The position numbers and the translations under genes were made by a program. Of a stretch of DNA of 64,000 bases, positions 1-8,178 are shown one piece after another (position 1 is the first letter of the stretch; each line of letters starts with the position of its first letter). The DNA is taken from the NCBI GenBank assembly GCA_965226795.1, contig CBDDDZ010000005.1, positions 2,432,001-2,496,000 on the forward strand, read 5' to 3'. Below the pieces are notes generated by a model. It was not told the DNA's origin. It searched no databases and saw nothing but the letters and a program-made list of their open reading frames with translations. This stretch comes from Candidatus Latescibacterota bacterium. GTDB taxonomy: Bacteria > Latescibacterota > UBA2968 > GCA-2709665.

Positions 1-291
1 CTGATCCACGCCAGATCAACCGGCGCAAATCTGCTCCTTGTGGTCCTCGACAACGGCGGCTCACTCACGACCGGAGGCCAACCCACCCCCGATCGAGGCG
101 TCCCGGTCAACGGAAAACCCGGTCCGGTCGTTGGCATCAACGACCTGGCAGCGGCCTGCGGCGTCGACTTGGTCTGGACGGTTGAAGAAACGGATCCTGA
201 GGATCGCATGCGCAGTATCTTCCGTGAAGCCCTGCAGATCGACGGCCTCGGCCTGGTCACGATTCGCAAACGCTGCGAATCGGTGGGCTAA
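1..291 (+). CDS. 3' end of a TPP-binding protein, IorA-like (indolepyruvate:ferredoxin oxidoreductase alpha); 5' part lies outside the window
   Basis: Frame 1 is open from base 1: LIHARSTGANLLLVVLDNGGSLTTGGQPTP, matching the TPP-domain motif VLDN..TA.TGGQP of IorA. Confidence 0.7.
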   Translation: MIHARSTGANLLLVVLDNGGSLTTGGQPTPDRGVPVNGKPGPVVGINDLAAACGVDLVWTVEETDPEDRMRSIFREALQIDGLGLVTIRKRCESVG

Positions 292-503
292 ATTGTCGAC
301 GGGCGAAACGAGAGAACGACCCATCCGACAACGGTGTCCGGAACCCTTGCCCGGGCGATCTCACGCCCCGGGTGTGGCGCGGATTGTTGAGACCTCCGCC
401 AGTGTCTACCCGACTCCCGAAGATAATGCTTCACCGCAAACAGGTGCGTTTTTTCGCCCACACCAGGCAGCGGCCGGAGCAGACCAGAGACGTTACGGAA
501 AGT

Positions 504-549
504 AAAAAAGGCTCGTCCGGGCTAATCAAAAACCCCGGGGGAGCCTTTT
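504..549. terminator. Bidirectional intrinsic terminator
   Basis: AAAAAGGCTC..CCGGG-loop-CCCGG..GAGCCTTTT lies between convergent genes. Confidence 0.65.
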
Positions 550-694
550 GAACGCAGTAAACGCCGAGCGGTCAATGTCCCGGCTGGCGGCAGCGGGGGA
601 ATTCCCGAACAACAATCGAAACGCCCAACCCTCGATTCGCTACGACGTGTAATAAACGCCTCGCGCCTCGATTGCCCCCCTCTGTCGCCTGATT

Positions 695-1276
695 CTATCG
701 GAACTCTATGGAGGACGCAATTGAACGGTATTCATCAACGGGAAAGGCAGCAGACATACCGTTGCCCATCATCAAATAAGCCTTCCGCCCGTCCAACACC
801 ACCGTAACGAAAAACCGGTCCCCCCGTCGACTCAGAAATACAGTCTGAAAAATCCATTCGATGCCTTCGCGCCCCGATATCTGGAACGTGCGCTTCTCCT
901 GAGCCCTGTATCCCAGATAGGTGGATTTGAACTCTTCCTCGAGTTCGGCCGTAACGGTCTGAAGTGTCGCGTTTTCCGAAAGTGCACGAGGCCTCAAGTT
1001 CAACACCGCCACGAATCCGGAAATCGGCTCTCGGTTCATCACCACCTCTACCCTGGGCAATCCGTTCGACTCCCGGGTCTGGAAGTTTGTCTGCGCCGTC
1101 CAACCCCATACATCCGGGACCGAAATCCGGAATCCCCATTCTTCGTTCGAATACACCCGGCTGCCGTCGGAGTCGTCGGTCGGATTGTTGGCGGTATCCT
1201 CCGGGATAGGACCACAACTCAGCGTCGCGACAACAAAAACCAGGCAGGACCAGATAATGGAATGGTGTCTGGACAT
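695..1276 (-). CDS. Putative lipoprotein, PsbP-like fold
   Basis: Hydrophobic signal ending in a lipobox-like TLSC; YSNEEWGFRISVP..W motif; C-terminal IASSIEF. Start moved to ATG 1276. Confidence 0.6.
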   Translation of the reverse strand: MSRHHSIIWSCLVFVVATLSCGPIPEDTANNPTDDSDGSRVYSNEEWGFRISVPDVWGWTAQTNFQTRESNGLPRVEVVMNREPISGFVAVLNLRPRALSENATLQTVTAELEEEFKSTYLGYRAQEKRTFQISGREGIEWIFQTVFLSRRGDRFFVTVVLDGRKAYLMMGNGMSAAFPVDEYRSIASSIEFR

Positions 1277-1584
1277 GGAGCCCACTTTCCTTTGTGCAAG
1301 AAGCATGATCACCACAGATTTCCGGCCATTTATCCGTTGTCACCCCCCGCGGAATCCCGACATCGTTAACCGGAAATGGAGCGATCCGAATTGGCAGGTC
1401 AATGACAACAAATGGAATCCACGGCCAGAACGATAGAAATTGGCTCCCGGCAGGCTGGATTGATTAACGTCGACGTAATAGAAAATCCGGTGTGCAGGCG
1501 TGCTCCGCGAGACCGAATTGCGGGGAAAACAATAAGGCTCTCGGGGCCTGACCACAATTTCCTCCCAAATACCTTCGGAGACGG

Positions 1585-2262
1585 TCAGCGCACAATGCCC
1601 AATCGTCTCCATCGAATCTTTCCGAACGGATTCCAAAGCGGCGCACCGGAATTCCAGGAAAAATAGATCAGCAGCGGATGCGCTTTCACTTTGTCAAGCG
1701 ACACCGGCCCCCAGAACCTGCTGTCGTCACTGTTGTCCCGATTATCTCCCATTACAAATATGTGTCCCGGCGGCACCGTATAAGGTCCGTAATTGTCGCG
1801 TGCACTATACCGTTTGGGCTGCGTCCGCCTGTCCATAAACTTCACGCCAGCGGGATTTACGAACGGCTTGCCGTCTACGTAAACCACCTTGTTTCTGATC
1901 TCTACGGTCTGCCCTCCCACGGCAATACATCGCTTGATGAAATCCCGTGACGGATCCAGCGGAAACTCGAAAATCACCAGATCACCGGGTTTCGGAGAAC
2001 GAAAACCGGGCATCCGAAATGAGGGCAACTTGTAATTCAGGACAGGCAGACGATCCGGAATCTGCGTGCCGAACGTCAGCTTGTCCCCGAGAACATAGTC
2101 GCCCTCCATCAACGTATTTTCCATGGATCCTGAAGGGATATGGTAGGCCTGCACCAGCGTTGCACGGATCAATACAGCCAGAAAAACCGCAAAAAAGATC
2201 GACTTCAGATAATCGACCAGTATCCGTCCGGTACGTGGCCGCCTCGGGTGCTGTGACTTCAT
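1585..2262 (-). CDS. lepB: Signal peptidase I
   Basis: IPSGSMENTL (catalytic Ser), DFIKRC (catalytic Lys), GDNRDNSDDSRFWG. Confidence 0.97.
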   Translation of the reverse strand: MKSQHPRRPRTGRILVDYLKSIFFAVFLAVLIRATLVQAYHIPSGSMENTLMEGDYVLGDKLTFGTQIPDRLPVLNYKLPSFRMPGFRSPKPGDLVIFEFPLDPSRDFIKRCIAVGGQTVEIRNKVVYVDGKPFVNPAGVKFMDRRTQPKRYSARDNYGPYTVPPGHIFVMGDNRDNSDDSRFWGPVSLDKVKAHPLLIYFSWNSGAPLWNPFGKIRWRRLGIVR

Positions 2263-2314
2263 AGGTCAACCTCCAGAACGTTCCACTCGAAAGTATATAT
2301 TAAAACACACATGC

Positions 2315-3342
2315 TTACACGCGGACAGAAGCCGTCGGTTCCCCCGCGCCGGAAGCGCTACTTGAGAAATAGGGCGCTTCGGGCTGGCCGCTGTCGGCCG
2401 ATCTGTTGGCCGCAAGGGTCACGTCGAGTGAACGGACACCGTCCTCGTAGTCCGATAGAACGGCCGATCCGTCGCCCTTGCGAATGGCATTTATAAACAC
2501 CTTGTCAATATCTCCGGAACCGCTCTGAACCGGCCCCGGGTCTGCTGCGGATTCCGGATGCACCACCAGACCTTCCGTTCCGAATTCCGCACGCATGTTC
2601 TTCAACACAAACGACATGAGCCCAGTCCCGCCGCCCTCCCGAAACGTGCACGTGGACGTCAACGAGCCGATTGCCCCCGTCTCAAACTTCAGATTGATCG
2701 CGTGTACATCCGGAATATCCAGGGTTTCTTCGTCATTCAGGGTACGCAATGCATAATAAGCGTGCACTTCCGCCACCTCACCCGCAAGATAGCGAAGCAG
2801 GTCCACCTGGTGGGTGGTCTGCTCGACAATTTGTCCGCCCGATTTCGACATCACTCGCCACCACGGTGTTCCCGGCAGCCCGCCCCATCTGTGGACCGCG
2901 GCCATCCCGATAATTCGACCCTCCAGAAACGCCTTCGCCTGCTGTACGATACCGGAATACCGCAATTGATATCCCACGCATGTCAAAACGCCTGCCTCCC
3001 GCACCGCCTCCAGAATTTCGAGGGCCTTCTCCATTGTGGGTGCTACGGGTTTTTCCACGAACAGATGCACACCCTGCCGCGCCGCAAGAATCTCCGCATC
3101 GGTATGTGCAAACGTGGGGACGCTGACATACAGGGCCGAAAGGCCGCAATCAGTGATTCGCTGTCCAGCATCTTCCGATGGTCGGTATACGCCCTCGCGC
3201 CATATTCGCCGGCCACACGCTCGGCGGTTTCCCCCAACACATCGCAAATCGCCAGAATGTCCACGTCCTCAATCCCCTGCAACACCCGCATATGGGATCT
3301 CGCACGACCCCCTGCGCCCACAAACCCTACCTTAATTGCCAA
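2315..3342 (-). pseudogene. Gfo/Idh/MocA oxidoreductase, frameshifted near 3141-3151
   Basis: N-terminal Rossmann KVGFVGAGGRA is in one frame; ALYVSVP..H..LFVEKP, VGYQLR and GGQIVEQTTHQVD are in another. Confidence 0.85.
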
Positions 3343-3384
3343 AACACCTCCCTGAACGTGTCGTGATTGGATGCAACAGTCCCA

Positions 3385-3414
3385 AAGTTAGCCCGCCAGG
3401 ACATGCGCTGTCAA
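3385..3414 (-). promoter_or_regulatory. Sigma70-type promoter for the Gfo/Idh/MocA gene
   Basis: TTGACA-N18-TAACTT on the minus strand. Confidence 0.5.
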
Positions 3415-3535
3415 GCGAAATCAACGACTCCCGGACGTACGTGTACGTGTTTTTGTCTTTGAATTACAGAGCCTCGGTGTTTAACTTATCCGGGTGAATT
3501 CACATTTCAACACCCGATCAAAGAGGATATGACCC

Positions 3536-4576
3536 ATGCGAATCGAGGACCTGGATACGCCGGCGTTGACCATCGATCTCGACATACTCTCGAAGAATAT
3601 CCACGACCTGGCTGAATCCTGCCGTAAACATGAAATCGACCTGCGCGTACACACCAAAACCCACAAGATTCCGGAAATAGCCCGCCTGCAGCTCAATGCA
3701 GGCGCCATCGGCATTGTCTGCCAGAAGCTGGGGGAAGCGGAAGTCATGGTCGACGCGGGAATCACCGACATCCTCATCCCCTACAATATCGTGGGCGCCA
3801 CGAAGGTGGAACGCCTTGTCCGCCTCCACGAACGGGCAAAGATCACTGTCGCCCTGGATTCCGAAACAACGGCACGCGGCATATCCGAGCAGGCTGGGAA
3901 GCCGGAAATCCCTGTCCTGATCGAACTGGATACCGGCGGCAATCGATGCGGCGTCCAGTCTCCCGAAGCCGCCCTGGAACTGGCACGCAAAGTCGTCGCA
4001 CTACCCGGCCTCCACTTCCAGGGCATCATGACCTATCCCAGCCGGCCCCAGGCAGAACCCTTTCTGACGCGAACACGAACACTGCTGAAGGGCGCGGGCA
4101 TCCCAGTGCCTGTTGTCAGCGGGGGCGGGACCGGAAGCGAAGCCGTCTCGAAACAGATCGGCTGCACCGAAACCCGCATCGGCTCCTACGTTTTCGAGGG
4201 GATGCGCCGCATAAACCACGCCGACAACCCCCCGAACCCCATTACCTGCGCCGAACGCGTGGTCGTGACCGTCGTCAGCACGCCCACCCCCGAGCGCATT
4301 ATTGTGGACGGCGGTCAGAAGACCTTCACAAGCTATCCGCCCAACCCGTATGGACACATCGTGGAACACCCCGACGCCAGAATACACAGCATGTCCGTGG
4401 AACATGGTCATATCGACGTCAGCGCGTGCGACCATACGTTCCAGGTCGGGGAACGCCTTTCGGTCATTCCCCAGCACCAGGGCATGACCACCAACCTGCA
4501 CGACACCGCTTATACCGTAAGAAACGGGATTGTGGAAGCCGTCTGGACCGTCGCCGGCAGGGGTAAGGTGCAATAG
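3536..4576 (+). CDS. DSD1 / D-threonine aldolase family PLP enzyme (fold type III)
   Basis: LDTPAL.IDLD, LRVHTKTHK (PLP Lys), CQKLGEAE, DTGGNRCGV, SVEHG. Confidence 0.9.
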   Translation: MRIEDLDTPALTIDLDILSKNIHDLAESCRKHEIDLRVHTKTHKIPEIARLQLNAGAIGIVCQKLGEAEVMVDAGITDILIPYNIVGATKVERLVRLHERAKITVALDSETTARGISEQAGKPEIPVLIELDTGGNRCGVQSPEAALELARKVVALPGLHFQGIMTYPSRPQAEPFLTRTRTLLKGAGIPVPVVSGGGTGSEAVSKQIGCTETRIGSYVFEGMRRINHADNPPNPITCAERVVVTVVSTPTPERIIVDGGQKTFTSYPPNPYGHIVEHPDARIHSMSVEHGHIDVSACDHTFQVGERLSVIPQHQGMTTNLHDTAYTVRNGIVEAVWTVAGRGKVQ

Positions 4577-4687
4577 TTGCGTGGCACAAGTCGGCAGGCC
4601 CGCTGCCTTAATTACGTCACCGAGTCCGGTTTCGGATTGCCCGATGCGGTCCGCTCCAGTAGACGACTCTTCAAAAGGAGTTTCGAT

Positions 4688-5581
4688 ATGCGCCAGGTAC
4701 AGTGGGAACGGATGTTCCCCGACCAGTTGGAAGCCGCCTATAAAGATTGCCCGCTCGTCTACTTCCCGTACGGCCTTTGCGAACCTCACGGCCCGCACGA
4801 CGCAGTTGGCCTGGATGGACTGAAGGCGCACGGCATTGCCTGCGAGGCCGCCCGCGCGCACGGTGGTATTGTGGCCCCGCCGGACTTCTGGCACATACAC
4901 GAACTCGGCGGGTATGCACATTGGCTGGAGCGCACGGTGGGCCAGGCGGAACGCTCCTGGATGACCTGCATGCCGCCCTGGCAGCATTTCAAAAACATCT
5001 GCTACCACATCCGCATGGCCGACCACCTTCGCTTCCACGCAGCCATGTTTCTTACGGGCCACTACGGCCCCAACTGGAAGGATCTCAAAACGCTTATCGA
5101 CCTGGTGCAACCCCACGTGGGCACCAGGCTTTTTGGCCTGCCGGACCACGAAGCCAACCAGCCCGGATTCGACAACGACGGACAGAGCGGCGGCGACCAT
5201 GCCGGAAAGGTCGAAACCTCGCTTCTCTGGGCGCTGCATCCCGACTGCGTGGACCTTTCCCGGCTTCCGCCCGAAGATGCCCCCGGTCCTCATTTCGCGA
5301 TGGGACCCACGGTCCGGCAATCCGACCGCCGCGTCGGCGAGCGCATGGTGGACGACGAAGTCCGCTGGCTGGGCAAAAAGGCAGGGGAACTGCTCGAGGA
5401 ATACAAAGACACGAACCCGGCCCACAGGCTGCAGACCTACGAAGACGTGGAAATCCTGTGGGAAACCGTGGTCGGCCCCGAACTCTCCGGGTTCGAGACC
5501 ATGCAGGACAGCTGGACAGGCGAAACCCTACCCGGAACCTCCGTCTGGCATCCCAACTGGCGCGTGCCCGATCGGGGATAG
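4688..5581 (+). CDS. Creatininase family amidohydrolase
   Basis: GLCEPHGPH..GLD, TGHYG, GDHAGKVETS; SD AAGGAG precedes ATG 4688. Confidence 0.88.
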   Translation: MRQVQWERMFPDQLEAAYKDCPLVYFPYGLCEPHGPHDAVGLDGLKAHGIACEAARAHGGIVAPPDFWHIHELGGYAHWLERTVGQAERSWMTCMPPWQHFKNICYHIRMADHLRFHAAMFLTGHYGPNWKDLKTLIDLVQPHVGTRLFGLPDHEANQPGFDNDGQSGGDHAGKVETSLLWALHPDCVDLSRLPPEDAPGPHFAMGPTVRQSDRRVGERMVDDEVRWLGKKAGELLEEYKDTNPAHRLQTYEDVEILWETVVGPELSGFETMQDSWTGETLPGTSVWHPNWRVPDRG

Positions 5582-5662
5582 GTCCATCTCCTTCGAATCC
5601 CTTTGACTCGAGCCCGGAAGACGGAAGAAGCGGGTCCGAATGCTACTGGCGCGCTGATCCGT

Positions 5663-6046
5663 TCATTCCTCCCGTTCCAGCAGTTCGATTTCGTAACCGT
5701 CGGGGTCGTCCACAAAGGCCATCTTCCGTCCGCTCGGAAACGTCTCACGCCAATCGTCGGGCCAGATTTCGATGCCCTGGTTCTCCAGACCGTCGCAAAA
5801 CGCGATCAGATCCGGCACGCCGATTGCAAAATGCATCAGATCCTCCGGAACGTTCAGTTCGTAATCGTCCGAAAAGGTCAGTTCGAGCGTATGGGCGTTG
5901 CCCGGCAGTTCCAGGTGCATTATCTGGTTTCCCGCCGGGGACTTCTCCGACCTGCTTTTTACCACGAAACCGAAATGGTCGCAATAGAACGCCGCCGACC
6001 GGTCCAGGTCGCTCACCCGAATCCTGGTATGGAGAAATACCGCCAT
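5663..6046 (-). CDS. VOC / glyoxalase I family protein
   Basis: FLHTRIRVSDLDRSAAFY, HFAIGV, FVDDPDGYEIEL. Confidence 0.92.
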   Translation of the reverse strand: MAVFLHTRIRVSDLDRSAAFYCDHFGFVVKSRSEKSPAGNQIMHLELPGNAHTLELTFSDDYELNVPEDLMHFAIGVPDLIAFCDGLENQGIEIWPDDWRETFPSGRKMAFVDDPDGYEIELLEREE

Positions 6047-6156
6047 CGTAGGTTCCTTTCTTCAAATCGGTATCCGCTGGACCAAAACCCCTGACGGTCC
6101 AACAAAAAAAGACAGCCAGTAGCTGCCCCGTCGCCTGTACCTTTCGTCCCGTAAAT

Positions 6157-6531
6157 CTACGCCTTTAATGGCGAAACAGGATTGCCCCCGTCCTTTCTGA
6201 CCGGCGGCCGGGTTGTTTCCATTTCGACATCCAGCACCTGGCGCACCTGCCGTATCGCCTGAAGGTAATAGTTCCGCACCGTACTCTTGGAGACCGATAG
6301 CAACATCGCGATTTCCGCCATGGATTTACCCTGCGAGCGCAGCAGCAATACCTCGTACTTGCGGCCGGTCAACGTGGACTCAATTGCATTTCTGACGGCA
6401 ACCAGTTTTTCGACGTCGAAATCCGGATTTGCATATGGATCGAGCGAATGCCGGAGAATGAATGAAAGCGGCACGGTCTCCGTTCGGGGATGACACCGTT
6501 CCATCACCGTGTCGTATCGGGGCCCTCGCAT
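6157..6531 (-). CDS. Small LuxR / sigma70 region-4 type HTH protein
   Basis: LTGRKYEVLLLRSQGKSMAEIAMLLSVSKSTVRNY; start codon uncertain. Confidence 0.75.
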   Translation of the reverse strand: MRGPRYDTVMERCHPRTETVPLSFILRHSLDPYANPDFDVEKLVAVRNAIESTLTGRKYEVLLLRSQGKSMAEIAMLLSVSKSTVRNYYLQAIRQVRQVLDVEMETTRPPVRKDGGNPVSPLKA

Positions 6532-6772
6532 ATCGGATCCACGCTCCCTGATTGGCCGTTGGATTCCAGCGCCTTGCTGGACGCATTCTTATACGTCGAC
6601 AATTTAGCCTGTTCCCCTCTGTCAGGCAAGCGAAAACTCGCCCTGCGCGTTTTCCATTTATTCGATCGTTGTAATTCATGGATATACGGAGCAGTTTTCG
6701 CACCGCGACAGCTATCGCTCCATCGCCGGATGGGGCGCACCGGGCATTCCCCGGGGGCGCTGCCTTCGCGGG

Positions 6773-7705
6773 TTACACCAGGGGGCGCCGTGCGAAGCCC
6801 AGCCCGTCCGCAACCTGCAACACCCGCTCATTCAACCTTTCCGCATGCAAAAGCGTCTCGCGATCGGGCGTCAACGCCAGGCTGCGCACCATTGAATGCC
6901 CGATGATACCCCGCGCGGCCAACAACCGCTTCTCCACCACCAGGTACAGCTCCATATCCTGCAGAGAGAAAACGATCTGCGCCAGGATCCCGTCGAACAC
7001 GTCCAGCGCGCCGTCCACATCGCCGGTCGACCCGAGTTCCCAGATCCGATTCATCACATCCGCGTGCCCAAGACCGGGCATTACGCCGGCGACGCCCCAC
7101 TCGAACAGATCCGGCATATACATTCCTCCCCAACCCTCCAGCACTGCCACCTGATCGCACGTTGCCTCCCGAATCCCCCGTAGCTTGGGACCCAGAAGCG
7201 GCTCCTCCAGTTTGATGTACCTGAAATTGTCGCAAGTCTCGCGAAGTCGCCGGCAGAACCTCCCGTCGACTGTCGGACCGCCCGGATTGAAATCCTGTAT
7301 CAATATCGGAACCTCCACCGCGTCGCAGATGGTCCGGCAATAAGCAAGCAGGTCCGCTTCCGTTGTGCCAAACTGCCTTGGGATTGCAAAACTGATGACG
7401 TCGGCGCCGGCATCCGCGTTTACCCGGGCGAAATTCGCCGCCTGGCGGGCCGAAGGGTGGTTCGACTGGCCCACCACCGGAATTCTTCCCGCGGCGGCCG
7501 TCACGGCGGTTCGGACAACCGCAAGCCGCTCTCGTCCGGATTGCTTGTAAAACTCGCTCGCATATGCGGGCAAACACACCGCCCCGATCCCGAATGCCAC
7601 CGCCGCATCCACCTGTCGGCCGATATCTTCGAACACGATTTCTTCCCCGTCATCAAACGGCGTTACCAGCACCGCCACGACCCCGCGGATATCGTCTACG
7701 GCCAT
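6773..7705 (-). CDS. DapA-family lyase resembling L-2-keto-3-deoxyarabonate dehydratase-like members
   Basis: GVVAVLVTPF; PAYASEFY in place of GTTGE; ILIQD in place of the catalytic Tyr; YIKLEE (Schiff-base Lys). Confidence 0.85.
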   Translation of the reverse strand: MAVDDIRGVVAVLVTPFDDGEEIVFEDIGRQVDAAVAFGIGAVCLPAYASEFYKQSGRERLAVVRTAVTAAAGRIPVVGQSNHPSARQAANFARVNADAGADVISFAIPRQFGTTEADLLAYCRTICDAVEVPILIQDFNPGGPTVDGRFCRRLRETCDNFRYIKLEEPLLGPKLRGIREATCDQVAVLEGWGGMYMPDLFEWGVAGVMPGLGHADVMNRIWELGSTGDVDGALDVFDGILAQIVFSLQDMELYLVVEKRLLAARGIIGHSMVRSLALTPDRETLLHAERLNERVLQVADGLGFARRPLV

Positions 7706-7872
7706 GTTGATCCTCCAAGATTTGTAGTTTTGAGCCGCCGAATCCGTCCGGTGGGCTTGGCCGCCAGGAACGGACGAATCTGCCGTGGGGGGAAACGTAA
7801 CACCCGGAAAGAACGCGGTAAACGCGACGCCGATTGCCACGGTTCACAGCCGCCGGTGTTCGCCGGTGGCGG

Positions 7873-7901
7873 TTGACACTGAAACGGGGATATGTTAAAT
7901 T
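7873..7901 (+). promoter_or_regulatory. Sigma70 promoter upstream of rel
   Basis: TTGACA-N17-TAAATT with a TG extended -10. Confidence 0.7.
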
Positions 7902-8178
7902 TTATTCCCGAAAGGTTTTCGCAAAATGACTGCCCGGAATATGTGATACCAACCGGCCTTTACGTTAACACCGGCAACCTTCCGTGGCGTGTCGGATTTC
8001 TGGACGGCGTTGCCCCAATCCCGAAGTCCGGATTCGGGAATGCATGGTAACGCGTTCAGGTGTCAATTCGAACGCCGGCTGGACGGGTCGCCTGCGTCCA
8101 TTGAACGGACAGCCGGTATATGATCTCTGCGGGTCGTACCGCGGGTGTTGACCAATCAAATCCAATGGAGGTGTCTCC

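Noticed and set aside
300..460. Fluoride riboswitch-like words (GGCGAT...CGCC)
   Set aside because: The consensus is incomplete and no downstream gene lies on that strand.
4001..6051. 474-aa and 434-aa overlapping ORFs
   Set aside because: Alternative-frame shadows of well-supported genes in GC-rich DNA.
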